Assembly (NCBI RefSeq): GCF_037042905.1
Contig: NC_087246.1
Coordinates: 9,920,001-9,984,000 of the forward strand
DNA length: 64,000 nucleotides
From: Lytechinus pictus
Taxonomy: Eukaryota
Direction of reading: 5' to 3'
In this document: positions 27,601 to 41,368 of the stretch, piece by piece
Position numbering within the stretch: the stretch's first letter is position 1
How the letters are laid out: every line of letters begins with the position of its first letter
Notes under the pieces: model-generated
Databases searched by the model: none
What the model was told of the DNA's origin: nothing
What the model saw: only the letters and a program-made list of their open reading frames with translations
Made by a program: the position numbers and the translations under genes

Positions 27601-28606
27601 GTTAAGAATGGAGCTTTAACAGTATTACCATGGACCCTACATGGCATAACCAAGTACATGTGTTTGTAATTGAGCTTCTTTTGGTACCTATTAAGCCAGA
27701 AGGTTTGATATCTGACAGTTTACTAGTATTAAAAAAATACCGGGTGTCAAGTTATCATAATAAGACCGGTTCTGTGAGTTATATTGCAGAAAATAGAGAT
27801 AACTTTGCATAGTTTAAAAGCAATTGCAGTTCATGTAGCCACCACATAAATTCTCTGCATTGGAGAGGTACAACCAGCCACCCCAAAACCAACAATAAGT
27901 TGCCAGAGAAGGTTCTCTGGAAATACCCAGAATAGTAAATTTGGTCTACAATCAAACAAACAAAACAAAAAAACTTAACTGAAAGAGGATTGTATTCTTC
28001 ATTCTGTCAAAAGTTGTAACGTTGAATATAAAAAAGATACAAGTTTTTTGTGGATTGGAAGTTCACTGAGATTGCATAGTAGGCACATCTGAAACTTCAA
28101 ACTTTGTTTTCTTCCTTATTTTCAGCAGGGAGTTGTGGGGCTCTCTGGGTAGTTTCTTCTGCATCCAATAAAGCACTATGTGGGCTATTGTTGACCAATT
28201 TTGAAGTTATACATATCATTTCAAATCTTAGGATGTGGGTTTACAAGCTCAATAAAAATTCAAAATTCATTATTGGCTTTTGAGTGGGCCACAAATGCTC
28301 CAAGGCAAAATCAAAGTTCTTGATTCTGGATCAGTTTCAACTTTTCAAGGTAACACTTTCTTGCAGAACGATAAACTGCACAACCTCAATCCAGTTTAGA
28401 TGTAACGAAAGATCTATAATCTACTATCTACAATGTGATCAGCAACTTCCAGAAGAGCTAAGGTTTATGACACAAATGCATTGCAAAAGCAAATAAAAGC
28501 ATTAAAATTTAGCTGACTACACCAAGATATTTTAATAGTCTATTGAACATCAGGAATAGTATTATTTAGATTAACATGAAGTTCAGGATGTACCATTTGT
28601 TGAGCA

Positions 28607-29496
28607 AACATGTGGAATGCCTCTGGCAGTCTCGCCTGCATTACACGATTCAATATAGCAACAGAACTGACTTTGAAAACAGCTATTGAATAATTGACAA
28701 AAGAAAACTTATGATAAAAAAATATTTTCCCAGATTCCTTACAGGAGTTGGGCGCTCAACGACGCACCAATCATTTTTCCACATTTGACTGAATTTCAAC
28801 GCGCTGGCCGTGCTATGGGCTATATGTGACCGGGCCTTTCGTAACCTTTAACCTTGGTCATGTGACCTGAAACTCAAGCAGGATCTTCAGTGATACACCA
28901 TTACCCTTATGTCTAAGTTTCATGAACTAGGTACATATACTTTCTAAGTTATGACATTTCAAAAACTTAACATTGGTTAAGATTTCGATATTGATTCCCC
29001 CAACATGGTCTAAGTTCATTGACCCTAAATGACCTTCAACCTTAGTCATGTGACCTGAAACTCAGGCAGGATGTTCAATAATACTTGATTACCCTTATGT
29101 CCAAGTTTCATGAACTAGGTCCATATACATAGGTACATATACCATATAAGTTATGATGACATTTCAAAAACTTAACCTTGGTTAAAATTTCAATGTTGAT
29201 GATGCGGTTGCCGCCGTTGGAAAAGCGGTGCCTATAGTCTCGCTCTGCTATGCAAGCGAGACAAAAAATGAATGTCGTTTGACCTTGATTGTGTGACCTA
29301 AATCTCACGCTAGGTGATACCTGATTACTCTCATGTCCAAGTTTGATAAACTAGGTCCATATACTTTCTAAGTTATGACATTTAAAATCTAAACCTTAAG
29401 ATAAGATTTTGATGTTAACAATGCCACCACCATTTTCACTGTCGCCACCTGAAAGCTGCGCCAATGTCTTGCTACTGTTATGCAGGCAAGAGAAAA
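28607..29496 (+). mobile_element. Helentron/pearl-like element, copy 2 (with duplicated 3' end)
   Basis: Same 5' end (ctctggcagtctcgcctgcattac.cgattcaatatagcaacag), core repeats and 3' hairpin (to about 29268) as 17299-18330. A second, more decayed core plus hairpin runs to about 29496. Foreign segment at about 28715-28840. Confidence 0.8.
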
Positions 29497-30517
29497 CTGT
29501 TGAAAAGAAAAACTCTCAACCATGTCAAATGACATAGAGGAGTTAGCTAGCCATCAAGGACGAGTAGAGAAAGTTTCCATATTCTTTGCATAATGAAAAT
29601 GAATGGCTGAATAACTGGTACAAATTAATTTAAAACATAAAAAGGGACATTGATAATTCATCACATTTCAGTTGGAATGGCAACCTTGAAATAATGTTAA
29701 TTCACTCTAGTAATGGAGGACAAAATTAATTGTATATGATCATCACATACACAGAAAACAATGTGTACTTGTAGACCTTGCCATAATATAGCTCAATTTG
29801 ATGTCATTTGAGGAAATTGCCATCTCTCATTACAATGCACTGGGGATTCGGAATCTTCAAATTTACATGGTTACCTGACATAATAAGAAACAAATAAGTG
29901 GGAAAGAGTGAAATGCAATGGTGTAAAAGTGGCTACACAATGTTTGAAACATTTTTTGTTTTGCCTTTAAAATGACTAATTTTATACAGCTCGATAACCT
30001 TTTGGTACATGGCTATAATATGGTCTTGTAAGATAAGGAGTTTACTTGATAGTAAACTGCACAGAACAGTTTCTTCTGAGAATACAAATTGATGGATGGT
30101 TATTTTATTTTTAATTTCATAAGACTTTTTGCTCATTATAAGAGTTGATTATGTGTGTTTGTTTCAGCTAATCTCAAAGTGCTGCATTGAAGTGTGCTAA
30201 CCCTACCCTTCCACATCAGTCATCTATAATGAAAATAAAATAACAAAAAACTCAACATGGAATTCAGTTTCCCTGTCTTTGAGAATATCTGTACCATCAA
30301 GTTTGATTCTTTCATTTTAAAAGACTGATCTCTAATACATCTTTCCTTACAGTCAATATGAATGACATTACTTCATAATATACATGGAGTCATATATTCT
30401 ATTTCTGTAACACAAATCTACATTAGATGTGAACATACTAGAAGTGAAACAATAAGAATGATTGAACACAGTTATCCTTGTAAAGAGATAAATGGGATCA
30501 ATCCTCAAGCATTGCAC

Positions 30518-30760
30518 TGACCCATATTACTCAACCAATTTCACTTTATACAAAACCCATACTACGGAACCAATTTCACCCAATATTATAAAGGACCCAT
30601 ACTATTACAAAACCAATTTTACTCTTATATAATATAAGACCAATACTTCCAAACCAATTTCAACCTATGTCATAAGACCCATGCTACCGAACCAATTTCA
30701 TCCTATATTACAAGACCCATACTATCGAACCGATTTCACTCTATATTACATAAGACTCAT
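30518..30760. repeat. About 40-bp minisatellite (gacccatactaccgaaccaatttcaccctatattataa-like), about 6 units
   Basis: Repeated gaccca...ccaattt units are visible. Confidence 0.8.
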
Positions 30761-31969
30761 TAAAAAATTTCCTAAATTAATATTGTTAATATTGCAATCA
30801 TTGACACTTAGTCTGTTGACTACTAAATCATATCATTCCACTAGGTTTTTACCTGGATCTACGATGTCAGTAGGCATATGGTTACAACTATAATAATGAT
30901 GCAAGCTTAGATCTTGTGAAGGTGATTCTTTCAATGAATCTTTTCAAGACATTTTAACTCTATCATCTTCTTTCCATTTGTGTCAGCTTTTCATGATTTA
31001 ACAATAATTTCCCCATATCAAAAAAAATATATGAATATAATGAAATAAAAGAAACTGCTACAAACATTTACCCATATGAAAAAGAATAATAAAAATAAGG
31101 TGTATATAAGTGCATATAGAAAAAAATGAATGGTATACCATCCTAGTTAATTGACATAAGAAATACACACACACACAAAAGAGGGAAAATGGTATGCATG
31201 ACATTGAGCTCATCATAGAAATACTTAAAATGTACTGTTAAGAAAGGTATACATAATAAAGGGAAATATGCTTAAATAAATCAGTCCAATGATCCAAGTG
31301 CATACAGCTTACCTTGAGTGATCAAGCTATAAAATGATATGATACTTGATATCAAATCAAAACAACATTTAAGCAAAATTTGAGGAATTTCTGGAAAAAC
31401 TTGGATGTCAAATGTTCATTTATAAATGTGGTTAATCAACTCTGGAATCCTTAATACAATATTAAAGAAATAAGTTGTGCAATTTCGCACTTTGTCTTAA
31501 ATTGCTTGACACTTTAAAAAAATAGTTCAAGATTCGAATCACAGCCTTTACAGTGCCATTAAAAGTTACAAGTTCTGATATTTTTAAATTGTTTATCACA
31601 AAAACGAAATAAAATATGAATATCAAGGATAATGTTAAGTCGCTAATTACAGGCCTTAATACTAAATTTACTTTAGTTCATAACAAAATAGAAAGGTATC
31701 AATAATGGGTTTTAAGAGCACTACTCCCTGTTATTCTTTTTACTTGAGCTAAATTTTACTTCTGTTGTTAATCTCGAGCTAGATACACCATATATGCAAT
31801 TCTCTCAACCCATATCTCAAATTTTACAAGTCTATCACATGCACATCTTCTCTCCTCTTTAACAATCATTCTCTTCTGCCATCAATTATTTCATCACTTT
31901 TAAAATCATAATATCATATAGTCTGATTGAAAGCATATTATACTGTCATTATACTTATTATATATATTG

Positions 31970-32572
31970 TAGGTGTTTATCCGAACCATCGTATCGGTCA
32001 TTTTTGGTTTTAAAAATTGATTTTAAGATTTTTGCAGAAAATGAAAGTCCAGGTAGCAATTTAGTATTTTAGTTTTTGAGATGAGGGGATTTTCAAGACA
32101 ATGCCATAAATGTTTTGGATAAAATGTGCAAATATCATTGAATGTGTACTGCAGCAAAGCAAACAATAGCTGTGCGGTCAGCCAAACTGTTGTATCTGCA
32201 TTGACTATGTAGGTGAAAGAGGGATACAAGTTTTACAACATTTTGCTCTATCGCGCGCATTGAAATCGCGGTCAGGGCTGTTATATGCACTATGGTGCTT
32301 TCGTACATAGAAAATCTAAACCACTCAAATCAAAATTACAAGCATGTAGCTCTTGTGTGATATCTTCTCTAATTCATGGTTATTTTGGCTATGTGTAAAA
32401 ATAAAGTTATCAATGTTAAGCACTTGTCTTGGTTTTTCCTACCATATATTTTTCAAGCAGTATAAATCTTAAATGGTTTGGGAGAAAAAGTAAAAATTAT
32501 AGTAAACTTTGAAGTTGATTTTCTCTGAAATGGGTTTTGCAATGTCGTATCGGATGACTGCTGACGATATTT
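31970..32572 (+). repeat. Dispersed repeat (DNA transposon), copy 2
   Basis: Homologous to 5050-5392; ends in ggatgactgctgacgatat. Confidence 0.7.
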
Positions 32573-33093
32573 TTTGTCAATGTTCAAATCAAAGGTGCCA
32601 ACAATGTCAGTGTCATAATAAAAAATGACCTTATATGTATGTATAAGGTGTACATGAAAGAAGCACTAATACAATGGACCCATCAACAAATTAAAGGTTT
32701 TATAAGGTTTTACTACAAACAATTGTTACATAAAGAACATAAACAGTACTGTACCAGTAAATTTTCATTCAGTGTCAAGTATCACCTTGCCTTTGGAGCC
32801 ATACGTTAATAGGCCAAGGTACTACATAGAATAATAAGTGGGTATGAAGGAGAGAAGAAGAGAGAGATAGAGATAGAAAGGAAGAGAAAGAAAGGAAGAC
32901 AGAGAGGGAGAGATTATAAGATTGACTTTGTGGTGATAGACTACGAGAGTGACAGAAACAGAAACACAGATAGACACACAAGTAGATGAAAGAAAAGATA
33001 AACAGAACAAGAGCGATGACAATGCCTGATCTGGTTAATCCCATTCTCATATAACATGTTTCCTCTGGTCTGCAATATTATGGAGGTATCCAT

Positions 33094-33630
33094 GAGGCTG
33101 TTCACACCGCAAGGGGGGACCGTGGGCGGACCGTGGATCGCGCTATCGTAGCGCGATCCACGGTCCGCCCATTGGCATTCGCCGGATTCACACCGCAGTG
33201 AGATAGCGCGGTCTATCGTAGCACCCCCTTTTTTGAGAGGTCCTGTTGCCATGACGCATTACTTACTATATTTCTATTTTCACGATGTTCCGACGCGTTT
33301 TACTCCATAAAATTAGGAGTGTTGAGTTGTACCGATTCAGATTCAGATCGCACCAAAATAGAATGAGTATAAAATTCCCCGCGTGTAGATGACTTCCGGC
33401 GTGCTATCGTAGCTCGGGTTCACACCGGCAGAGATAGCGCGATCTAGCGCGCGCTAGACCGCGCTATCTCTCGTGGACCACCCCCAAGAGGTGCTCCAGT
33501 GGCACGCCGTTTTGGCTCGCCGTGGCTTGCTGTTGGGCGGACCGAAACGACGTTGTACCTTCCACACCGCAGAGATAGCGCGATCTAGCGCGCGCTAGAT
33601 CGCGCTATCTCTGCCGGTCTGAACAGGCTC
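33094..33630. mobile_element. Harbinger-like MITE A, CAT TSD
   Basis: TIR GAGGCTGTTCACACCG / CGGTCTGAACAGGCTC. CAT at 33091-33093 and 33631-33633. Repeated TCACACCG motifs and a 46-bp perfect palindrome at 33569-33614. Confidence 0.88.
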
Positions 33631-33633
33631 CAT

Positions 33634-34096
33634 GAGGCTGTTCTCACTCAGTTCCTTAAACTAGTTTAGTGGAAACTAGTTTAGTGGAAACTAGTTTAAC
33701 GCTAAGTGAGAACGGTCGAAGCGCTCTTGGAAGCGCTCTTCCAAACCAGTTTGGAAGACCACCTCGCGATGTAGTTTTCAAGATCGCTTCGCATCGGAAA
33801 AGTGGTTTTAGCGTAAGTGCGGACACAACCGTTCTTCGGGAAGCGATCTTCGCACATTTTGAGCGCGCTACTCCACACGACAGGTGTAGAATGCCTATGC
33901 TGCGGTTTCGAATTTCGCGCGAAACGTGTCACCCCACTGAGAGCGTTTCCATAGCAACAAGAGCGCTTTACGTGAAGTGATTTTGAAAACCACTTTCGTG
34001 TGATCAAGTGAGAACGCTAGCAAAGCGATCTTCCAAACTGGCTTTCTGAACCGGTTCCCAGTAAACTAGTTTTAGGAACGTAGTGAGAACAGCCTC
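33634..34096. mobile_element. Harbinger-like MITE B, CAT TSD
   Basis: Perfect 15-bp TIR GAGGCTGTTCTCACT / AGTGAGAACAGCCTC, extending as ttcct-taaactagttt. CAT at 33631-33633 and 34097-34099. Confidence 0.9.
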
Positions 34097-34394
34097 CATG
34101 ACAGAGACAAAAAAGAATGAAAAGAGGAAGTGTATCTCTTCCTGAAGTTCCTGTATGAATTCAGATAAACCCTTGTCATCGGTCGTACCGATGGTCAAGA
34201 ATGATTCAGTGAAACTACATTCATTTCGCAGAAACTGTCAGGGAAGCAAAAAAATCAATGACAGATGGTCCAATTATATTCCAAGATTCGATTATCAGAC
34301 CAAATATCATATTGTTTTGAAATCTGTAGAAGTGTGGTGCAAATAAATATATATTAAATGCGTTGGTCTGACAGCAGGCCAAGAGTGCAATTAA

Positions 34395-35185
34395 AGGAAA
34401 AGTTCACCCTGACAAAAGTTTCTTGTAAAAATAGCAGGAAAAATAATAAAAATATTGATGAAGGTTTGAAAAAAATCCATCAAAGTATTAAACAGTAATT
34501 AGAATTTCAGTTATTTTATTTGTGGCATCATATGCGAGCAGCTTTTCTAAATATTAAATAATAAATAAATCAATGAAATGTCATTCTCTCAGAAAATTGA
34601 AAATATTTTTTAATATACCTTCAGTATATCAATAGATAATAATAATAACGGCATATTTTCCCAAGGTAGCCACTTCAGTTCCGAAAACTGTTCTCCCAGC
34701 AGGCCCTGCTATTATTATTACCTGGCTAAGCTAGGCTACCAATTCAGGTGCACACAGCTTTTTGAGGAATTATTTCCTGCCGGTACCCATCTACCTCACC
34801 TGGGTTGAGTGCAGCACAGTGTGGATAAATTTCTTGCTGAAGGAAAACATGCCACAGCTAGGATTTGAAGCCACGACCCTCTGTTTGAAAGGCGAGAGTC
34901 AGAACCACTAGACCACCATGTGCCCACTTAGACAAATCATTTTACACCCATTCCTAAATAGAAAACAAAAATAAGTCATCACGAACCACTAAAAATTGGA
35001 AATATGCATTTTATATTACATAACATGTGGGCAGCTGCTCGTTTATAATGACGTAAATCCAAACTTAAAATTCTAATAACTTCATTAATCTTTAATGGAT
35101 TTTCCTCAAACCTCCACCAATATCTTTTCATTATTATTGTTTTACTATTTTTACAACAAACTTTTCTTCAGGGTGAACTTCCCCT
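34395..35185. mobile_element. TTAA Kolobok-like MITE containing a SINE
   Basis: TIR AGGAAAAGTTCACCCTGA / TCAGGGTGAACTTCCCCT with TTAA flanks. Confidence 0.87.
34637..34928 (-). mobile_element. tRNA-derived SINE, full length
   Basis: Minus strand has A box TGGTCTAGTGG, B-box-like GCTTCAAATCC, a body and a (TTA)n tail, flanked by a short TAGA duplication. Its 3' part recurs at 54236-54322. Confidence 0.85.
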
Positions 35186-36169
35186 TTAAAAGAAATTGGA
35201 GAGTAAATAGAGAAAAGCCTAGGAGGGATAGAGAGGGGGCAGGGGATAGTAAGCGTAAGGAAGAGAAAGAAAGAGCAAGAGAGAGACAGAGAAAGAGAGA
35301 GAGAGGTGGGTGAGGGAGGAAGGTGAAGAGAGAGGGTAGTTGAGCTGGAGAGAGGGAGATCGAGTTTCTCATTACAAAATTTGATGGTACATCAGCATGA
35401 GCGTTTGTATTGTTGCAAAGCAGTAGGTGGAAATAGCAGGTACAGGGGAGAATACGGATGTCAAAACTTTATTGATTAGAGGCTGTTGCACCATAATTTG
35501 ATGGACTTCCATTCAGTTACAACTTTCTGTGAATCAATCAATAAATGAATCCAGCTAAATTGGAGCAACCTTCTCTCATGAATGTAAGATACAAGTTTTT
35601 TTGCCAAGGATTGGAACATTTTATATTGGCAACATTATATTATTTCCTGAATTAATATGGAAGACACAGTTCAGCGAAAAGAAACAGTGACTGAATACAT
35701 GATCGCGTAATGAAAAGGGGTACATTTTGAGGATATATGTAGCAGTTCAAACATTGTCAACATTTCAGGTTATTATTTCAATTGAAAACATACAAGGTAA
35801 GGAATCTTTAGTATCAACAGGGAGTTGATTAACTGTTTTAACCCTTGAACAATATGAGCATTCGCTGTGCGTCACTGATTTATTGCACAGGTAAGTCCTG
35901 CTTAATACCTGATGGGAGTAAAGATGGGAAAGAAGACAGGGACAAGCTATCATCCAAGGTGATTTAGATATAGTGAAAGAAACATTAAAATTCCCTAGGA
36001 AGTGATTTGTGGATAAAATAATAAAGTTTATTATGAGGAAAAACGCATCATCAAAATCGTGTAGCAAGATGTATATAAACTTGTAAAGTGAATTGATGGA
36101 TATTATCCTTGTTTTGATAATAATCATTGATATTCTGTGGTGTAATGTGTCAACATTTTTTAGGGGGCC

Positions 36170-36510
36170 AGACATGCGGTATTGGGCCAAATTTCTAAAA
36201 TAACCAGAACTTTGTTATTTAAAAAAAAATATTTTCTGTAATTGAGGTATCAAATTAAAGAGCAGATATTGAACTTTTTTAAAATGTGGTGTTCTTTTTG
36301 AAACCCAGATACAGTCCGCCAAGTGACATTTTGGTATCCCCTCTTCAAATTGTTTTTGCTCACTCATGCGTGAATGAAAAATAATCCAAGTAATTTCAGA
36401 TGAATAAGGAGATTCTAAGCTTAACAATGATAGGTCATTTGTCTAATTTGTGATTAATTTATGATAAATCCTCGCTAGATCTTGGGTTCATTTTTTTGTG
36501 GGATGCACTG
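36170..36510. mobile_element. Tc1/mariner-type MITE fragment (right end)
   Basis: Ends in gggatgcactg|TA like the element at 1-217. Left boundary approximate. Confidence 0.5.
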
Positions 36511-37134
36511 TATATACACACGATTTGATTAGAAATAGCAGCCATCGGTATGGTTTAAACTGGCTTTCATATCAAGAGAATACCACCCGCATAGCAGTGT
36601 CATATGGAAGCATATGGACCATGGCCCCAAAAGTTCTACATCCAAACTAAAAAGAAAGGAGGAAAGAAAATAAAGCAAAGGTAAAGTGTAAGATATTTTT
36701 CTGAATATCACATCAAAGTCTCAAAATCTCAAATTTAGTTAGATTCTCATGAAAAGGTGAATTTTTCCTTGCTTGCTTGGGACTTATGTAAAGCATTTTA
36801 TTGCCACACGCGCCAGACTGTGCCCCCTACTTTTGTTTTAGGGCGAAGTATGGTTGCTGTCCGGGTGCCCATGTACTCGATGCAGTCATCGAACGAATTA
36901 GGTAAAAAATAGAACTTGTCGGATGAAAGACGGCTGCTGACTGCTCAGAGATCGGTCAATGATCTTGCGGCGAATTCAAGATCAGCCGGGCGATTATTAA
37001 AAATAGGCCGGCGGGAGCCCCCTGGAAATTGGTGGGTGGTCAGCCGATCAGTGCTCCGATGCCAAACAGAAAAGTTTCACCAAATTGACCCAGATTTGGC
37101 TTGAGTAATGGGTTATCAACAGGGCACTGCTCGG

Positions 37135-37664
37135 CCCGGGGGGGGGGGGGGGGGCACTCGACCAAAAAAGTAGTAGGTATGTGCCACGGGCGAGACAAAA
37201 AACGGGGGCCTTGGAGCGGGCTTTTTGTAAAAAGGAGGGTCCTCGGAACTACAATGTTTGTGAAAACGGGGGTCCTTGGAACGGGTTGCCTGCGTGTGAG
37301 TGAGTATGCATCCCTATGGAACGTGCACGCAGCTAGCCTGGCGGCACAGGCGCCGGGTGCGCTAGCGCAGAGGCGATGGTCGGACAGCGCTCTGCGGCCA
37401 CTTTTCACCAAAATTGTGGCTCATTGTAGCAGATCAATGTGGCCGGAACCGCGCAACGGAAAATATGCGAAGATTTGGAGCGGATTTCTTTCTTTTTTCT
37501 CGATAAGAAGAAAATGCTATGCTTTGGAGCAGCTTTCTTTGTTCTTTTTCTCAATAAGACAAAAATGCTATGCCTTGAAACGGAAATTTGAGTGTTAAAA
37601 TGGGGGTCCCCTCCGCGGCACATACCCACTATGCATTATATACTGAGTGCCCCCCCCCCCCGGG
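37135..37664 (-). mobile_element. CCCGGG-terminal MITE, family 2, copy 2 (inverted)
   Basis: Reverse complement of 25612-26122 with a short extra segment. Degenerate 8-bp TSD CTGCTCGG / CTACTCAG. Sits within an older GC-rich repeat (about 36830-37700). Confidence 0.9.
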
Positions 37665-39223
37665 CTACTCAGCGACCGATAAGTCTTTACAGTCATTGGG
37701 CAGATGTCCTGCAGATAGCAAAAGTAGTTACTCACAAGACTTGCATGGAACAATGTGACAGGGCCTTCAGATTTCAACTCTGGATATTAAAGTATGAGAC
37801 ATTCAAATATTACGTTTTAAAAGATGTACAACTCATGTGTTCATGCAATTTTTAGGTATTAGAATGAGATTATTTTTCAATCCAAAATGTAACCAATCAT
37901 TTTTATATAACAGATATTTAATCTATGTTCATAATGAAGCTATACTCACAGGCTTCCATAAAACAATTGGAATGCAAAATCAACATTTATTTGTATAAAA
38001 AAAAGGTCAATCTGTAGAATATCCTGCACGAAAAATATTGTTCAAATTTTGTCTATCAAGAAGTTATTTATTTCTGTTTCTGGATTCAAAAATTGCAAAA
38101 ATGCACCCTAGACATCAAAATAACCATTACAAGTTCTTAAGTATATTCCAGCACTGAATGATTTAACTTTTGATATTCTATGCTAAAGAAGTTTGCAAGC
38201 TGATAACCAAAGCAACCAAAACAAAATTGTATACCCTATTCTAATTTAACGAGCAAGAGCAAGAGTCTAATTGATAGTGGTACTAGTTGGTGGTGGTAGA
38301 TATATTTGCACCATTGAAACATTTTTATTTAACTTCAAGAAGACGAATCATCAATATTCAAATATTTTCCTGTGTTTTCTTAAATGGTGAATTTCAATAC
38401 AGAAATAAGTACTCTTTGGGAACTATTGAGTGCACTTAGATGAAGCAGCAAGAAATGGTAGAGACAGACAGACAGAAGCGGATAAGGAAAAAGAAAGAGG
38501 AGAAAGATGGAGGAGAGAGAGGGAGGGGAAAAGAGGGGGTAGGGGAGAATCATCATAAAAGAAAAGGAAAGAGAAGAAAATGAAAACAAATTCACATTAA
38601 TTCACATGGAAGTGAATCACATGAACAAGTTTTACAGATTGTCACAAAGTTCAATGTATTGTATACTAGGGCAAAGGATGAATGAGGGAGGTAGGAAATA
38701 CTTGATCCCACCACATGTGCTTCTCTTCTCTTGACAATAAGGCATATTCAGACGGACTCAATCACCACAATACTGTTTACAAGAACTTATTCAGGCCTCA
38801 AAATATCAAATAATTATCAAACATATTAACCATTTTTTAAGATAAGAAGGAGACCCTTTCAAGGTAAATTCTTAAAGTTAAGAGCATGCGCAGTATAGTC
38901 TTATTAGCAGGCGAAGAGTGCAATTCAAAATCACTATCTCAATAGCCCTACGCCTCCCACACCCAACTACTCCCTGGATTGAGAAAGGTCTCATTAATTA
39001 CTTTCAACATGAAACGATACCTGCAATCTTACAAAAACTCTGGAAAATTCTCAATAAAATTGATAAATACTTAATATTGAGGTGTAATGTCTTTCAAGAA
39101 TGTCATAAGTATTCACAAAGACAAAAACAAAATACCTGTTATTTCTTAAACAGGGTAGATCAGGGTAAATTTCCCAGAGAATACCTGGTATTTCCAAACT
39201 TCAAGTTGGTCTGAATAGGCATA

Positions 39224-40004
39224 GGGGAAGGCGGGGTAAGTTGTGACACTTTTTAATTTTTGCATGTTAGAATTTATATGATTAATAATCTTGTAGAAAT
39301 AAGTACCTTGCCTTAAAATTCAATTCTTCTGAAATATTTTTCACCTGTATAGATGTATAACTTTCTACCCCCACACTGAAAGTCACTGTCAACTTAAAAA
39401 AAAGAGATAAGTTGTGCCACTTTCTGGGGTAAGTTGAGCCACAAAAAACTATGTACAAAATGTATGGGGGAAGAACCAGCATGTCAATTTTTTAATTCAA
39501 AGTCTTTTCACTTGCTAATTCTCTATATAAATACGAACATCCTCTAAAAGGAAAAGAACAGTCATGTAAATTTGTCCTTCTGCCTGCATATCGATGGCTT
39601 TTTAAGTTTTTTTAAATACATTACCATAAGAATTACCCCAGTCCAAACTTAATGCAATAATTTCACATCCACTCATTTCTTATGCATTCATCATGTCAAA
39701 GACTATAACTAGAATGAGAATCCATACCTGGACTAACAATATTGTTCTTATGTCTTTATTATATTGAAAGACGTATGTGTAAAAAGCACTTATCTATTTC
39801 ACACCTTTTTTACTTTTTTGGCTGAAATTTTTATTTTCCCTCTAAAAGGGTACTTTTTGTTTCAAAGTTGAAAACAATGTGGTGTTAGGGGTTATGCAAT
39901 GGGTCATCAATACATGACACCACCACATTGTCTGACTCATTCATTATTAGCCTGGGGCTGGTGGCTCAACTTGCCCCTACGCTCAACTTACCCCGCCTTC
40001 ACCC
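39224..40004. mobile_element. pogo/Tigger-like non-autonomous element
   Basis: TIR GGGGAAGGCGGGGTAAGTTG / CAACTTACCCCGCCTTCACCC, with internal repeats of GGGGTAAGTTGAGCCAC. TA at the left flank. Confidence 0.8.
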
Positions 40005-41368
40005 ATATATTCAATTCAGTTCAAGTATTTTTATTGTCATGTCATCAAAAAACACAAAAATTATTGGCAGACTCTTAATGATAGAAAAGCGCATAGGAAA
40101 AAAGTATATATCACTTATCAGTCACAAATAATAAATACATCAAAAATACATATGTAAATATAAATTACCCAAAAATATTAATTATGAATATACCCTGTTT
40201 GCATGCAATGAGCACCCACAGCATGGCACTGAACACACAGATCCACTGCATGAAACAAAAATTGCCACATGCAGTGGAACCATGCACCCTTCAAACAGGC
40301 ACTCGAAGCCATTTCATGGACATTCATGTGATCAAAAGACAACCTATGTCTACTGACTGCACACATAATCAAAAATAAAAGGGACACTCCGGGCCGAGAA
40401 TATTTATATCTAAACAAATAAGAGTATAATTCAGAGCAAAACGCATTCTGTGAAAACAGTTATATGCATGTCGTCATGACCACTCATAGTGTTATCCTGG
40501 TTCCTGTATCATCATCTGTTCATCAGGAAGTGATAAAGACAATTACAGGAAAAACTGATTGTATCACCCTTAATCAGTTTCCATTACTTTAAAGACTTTA
40601 TCTGTATAATTAATGTTTTGACCTATTACCCTATTTGAATTCCAGTGATATATGTGACTTGCACAATGAGGAGTATTTGTTATCAAGAATTACCTAGAAC
40701 TTCAAGTTGCTTAACACAAAGAAACAGAGCCATTTCGGGGCAAAAGGCTGCGTAAATATGAATCACACTTCCACATGGATTTCACATTTTAATTACAAAT
40801 AACGTTACTAACCGGCACCCTGTCAACGATTCCAATAACACATCTCAACAAATTTCAAGGATTTGTTTATCGCTATATTGTGCCAGCATCCAAACATCAC
40901 ATCATAGCTGATATCATGTAGGTGCTGTTCTTTAAGCACGCTACATATTTGTACATTTTGATATGAATTTTGCCTTTGTTCCAGTGAATATCCGGAGGAG
41001 CCATTAGAAAACAGCCACAGGAAATCAATGGGTTATTGTGCTTCCTGATTATTTCCTAACAAAATAAAGAGTAAATTAGAGTGAGCTCAAATAAATCTGA
41101 AACACTGCGGTGATATAGTAAATGTATATTGTACCTGAGTACTGGTCAGCTATTTTATCTTAGCCCTATTGCAGATGTTGGAGGGGCTACCACGACGTGT
41201 TTGTTTACAGTAGTTGCATCTATGATCCTTCTAGTGCAAATGCTTGTAGATTAAATTCAACAAAATAAGAATAGTAACTAAAGGTACTTTCTATTTGTCT
41301 CATTCTACAGATACTGCAACAAGCTGACTCTGCGCACAACCTGCATAGCTACAGAAATATCTGCAAAT

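Noticed and set aside
35875-35896. Plus-strand CAG|GTAAGT as a recursive site
   Set aside because: The polypyrimidine tract is weak; this is compatible with an ordinary or chance donor motif.
35400-36190. 141-aa minus ORF / possible LINE endonuclease relic on the plus strand (IIQGDLDI)
   Set aside because: The minus ORF has no motifs, and the plus-strand resemblance to an APE domain is too degenerate to call.
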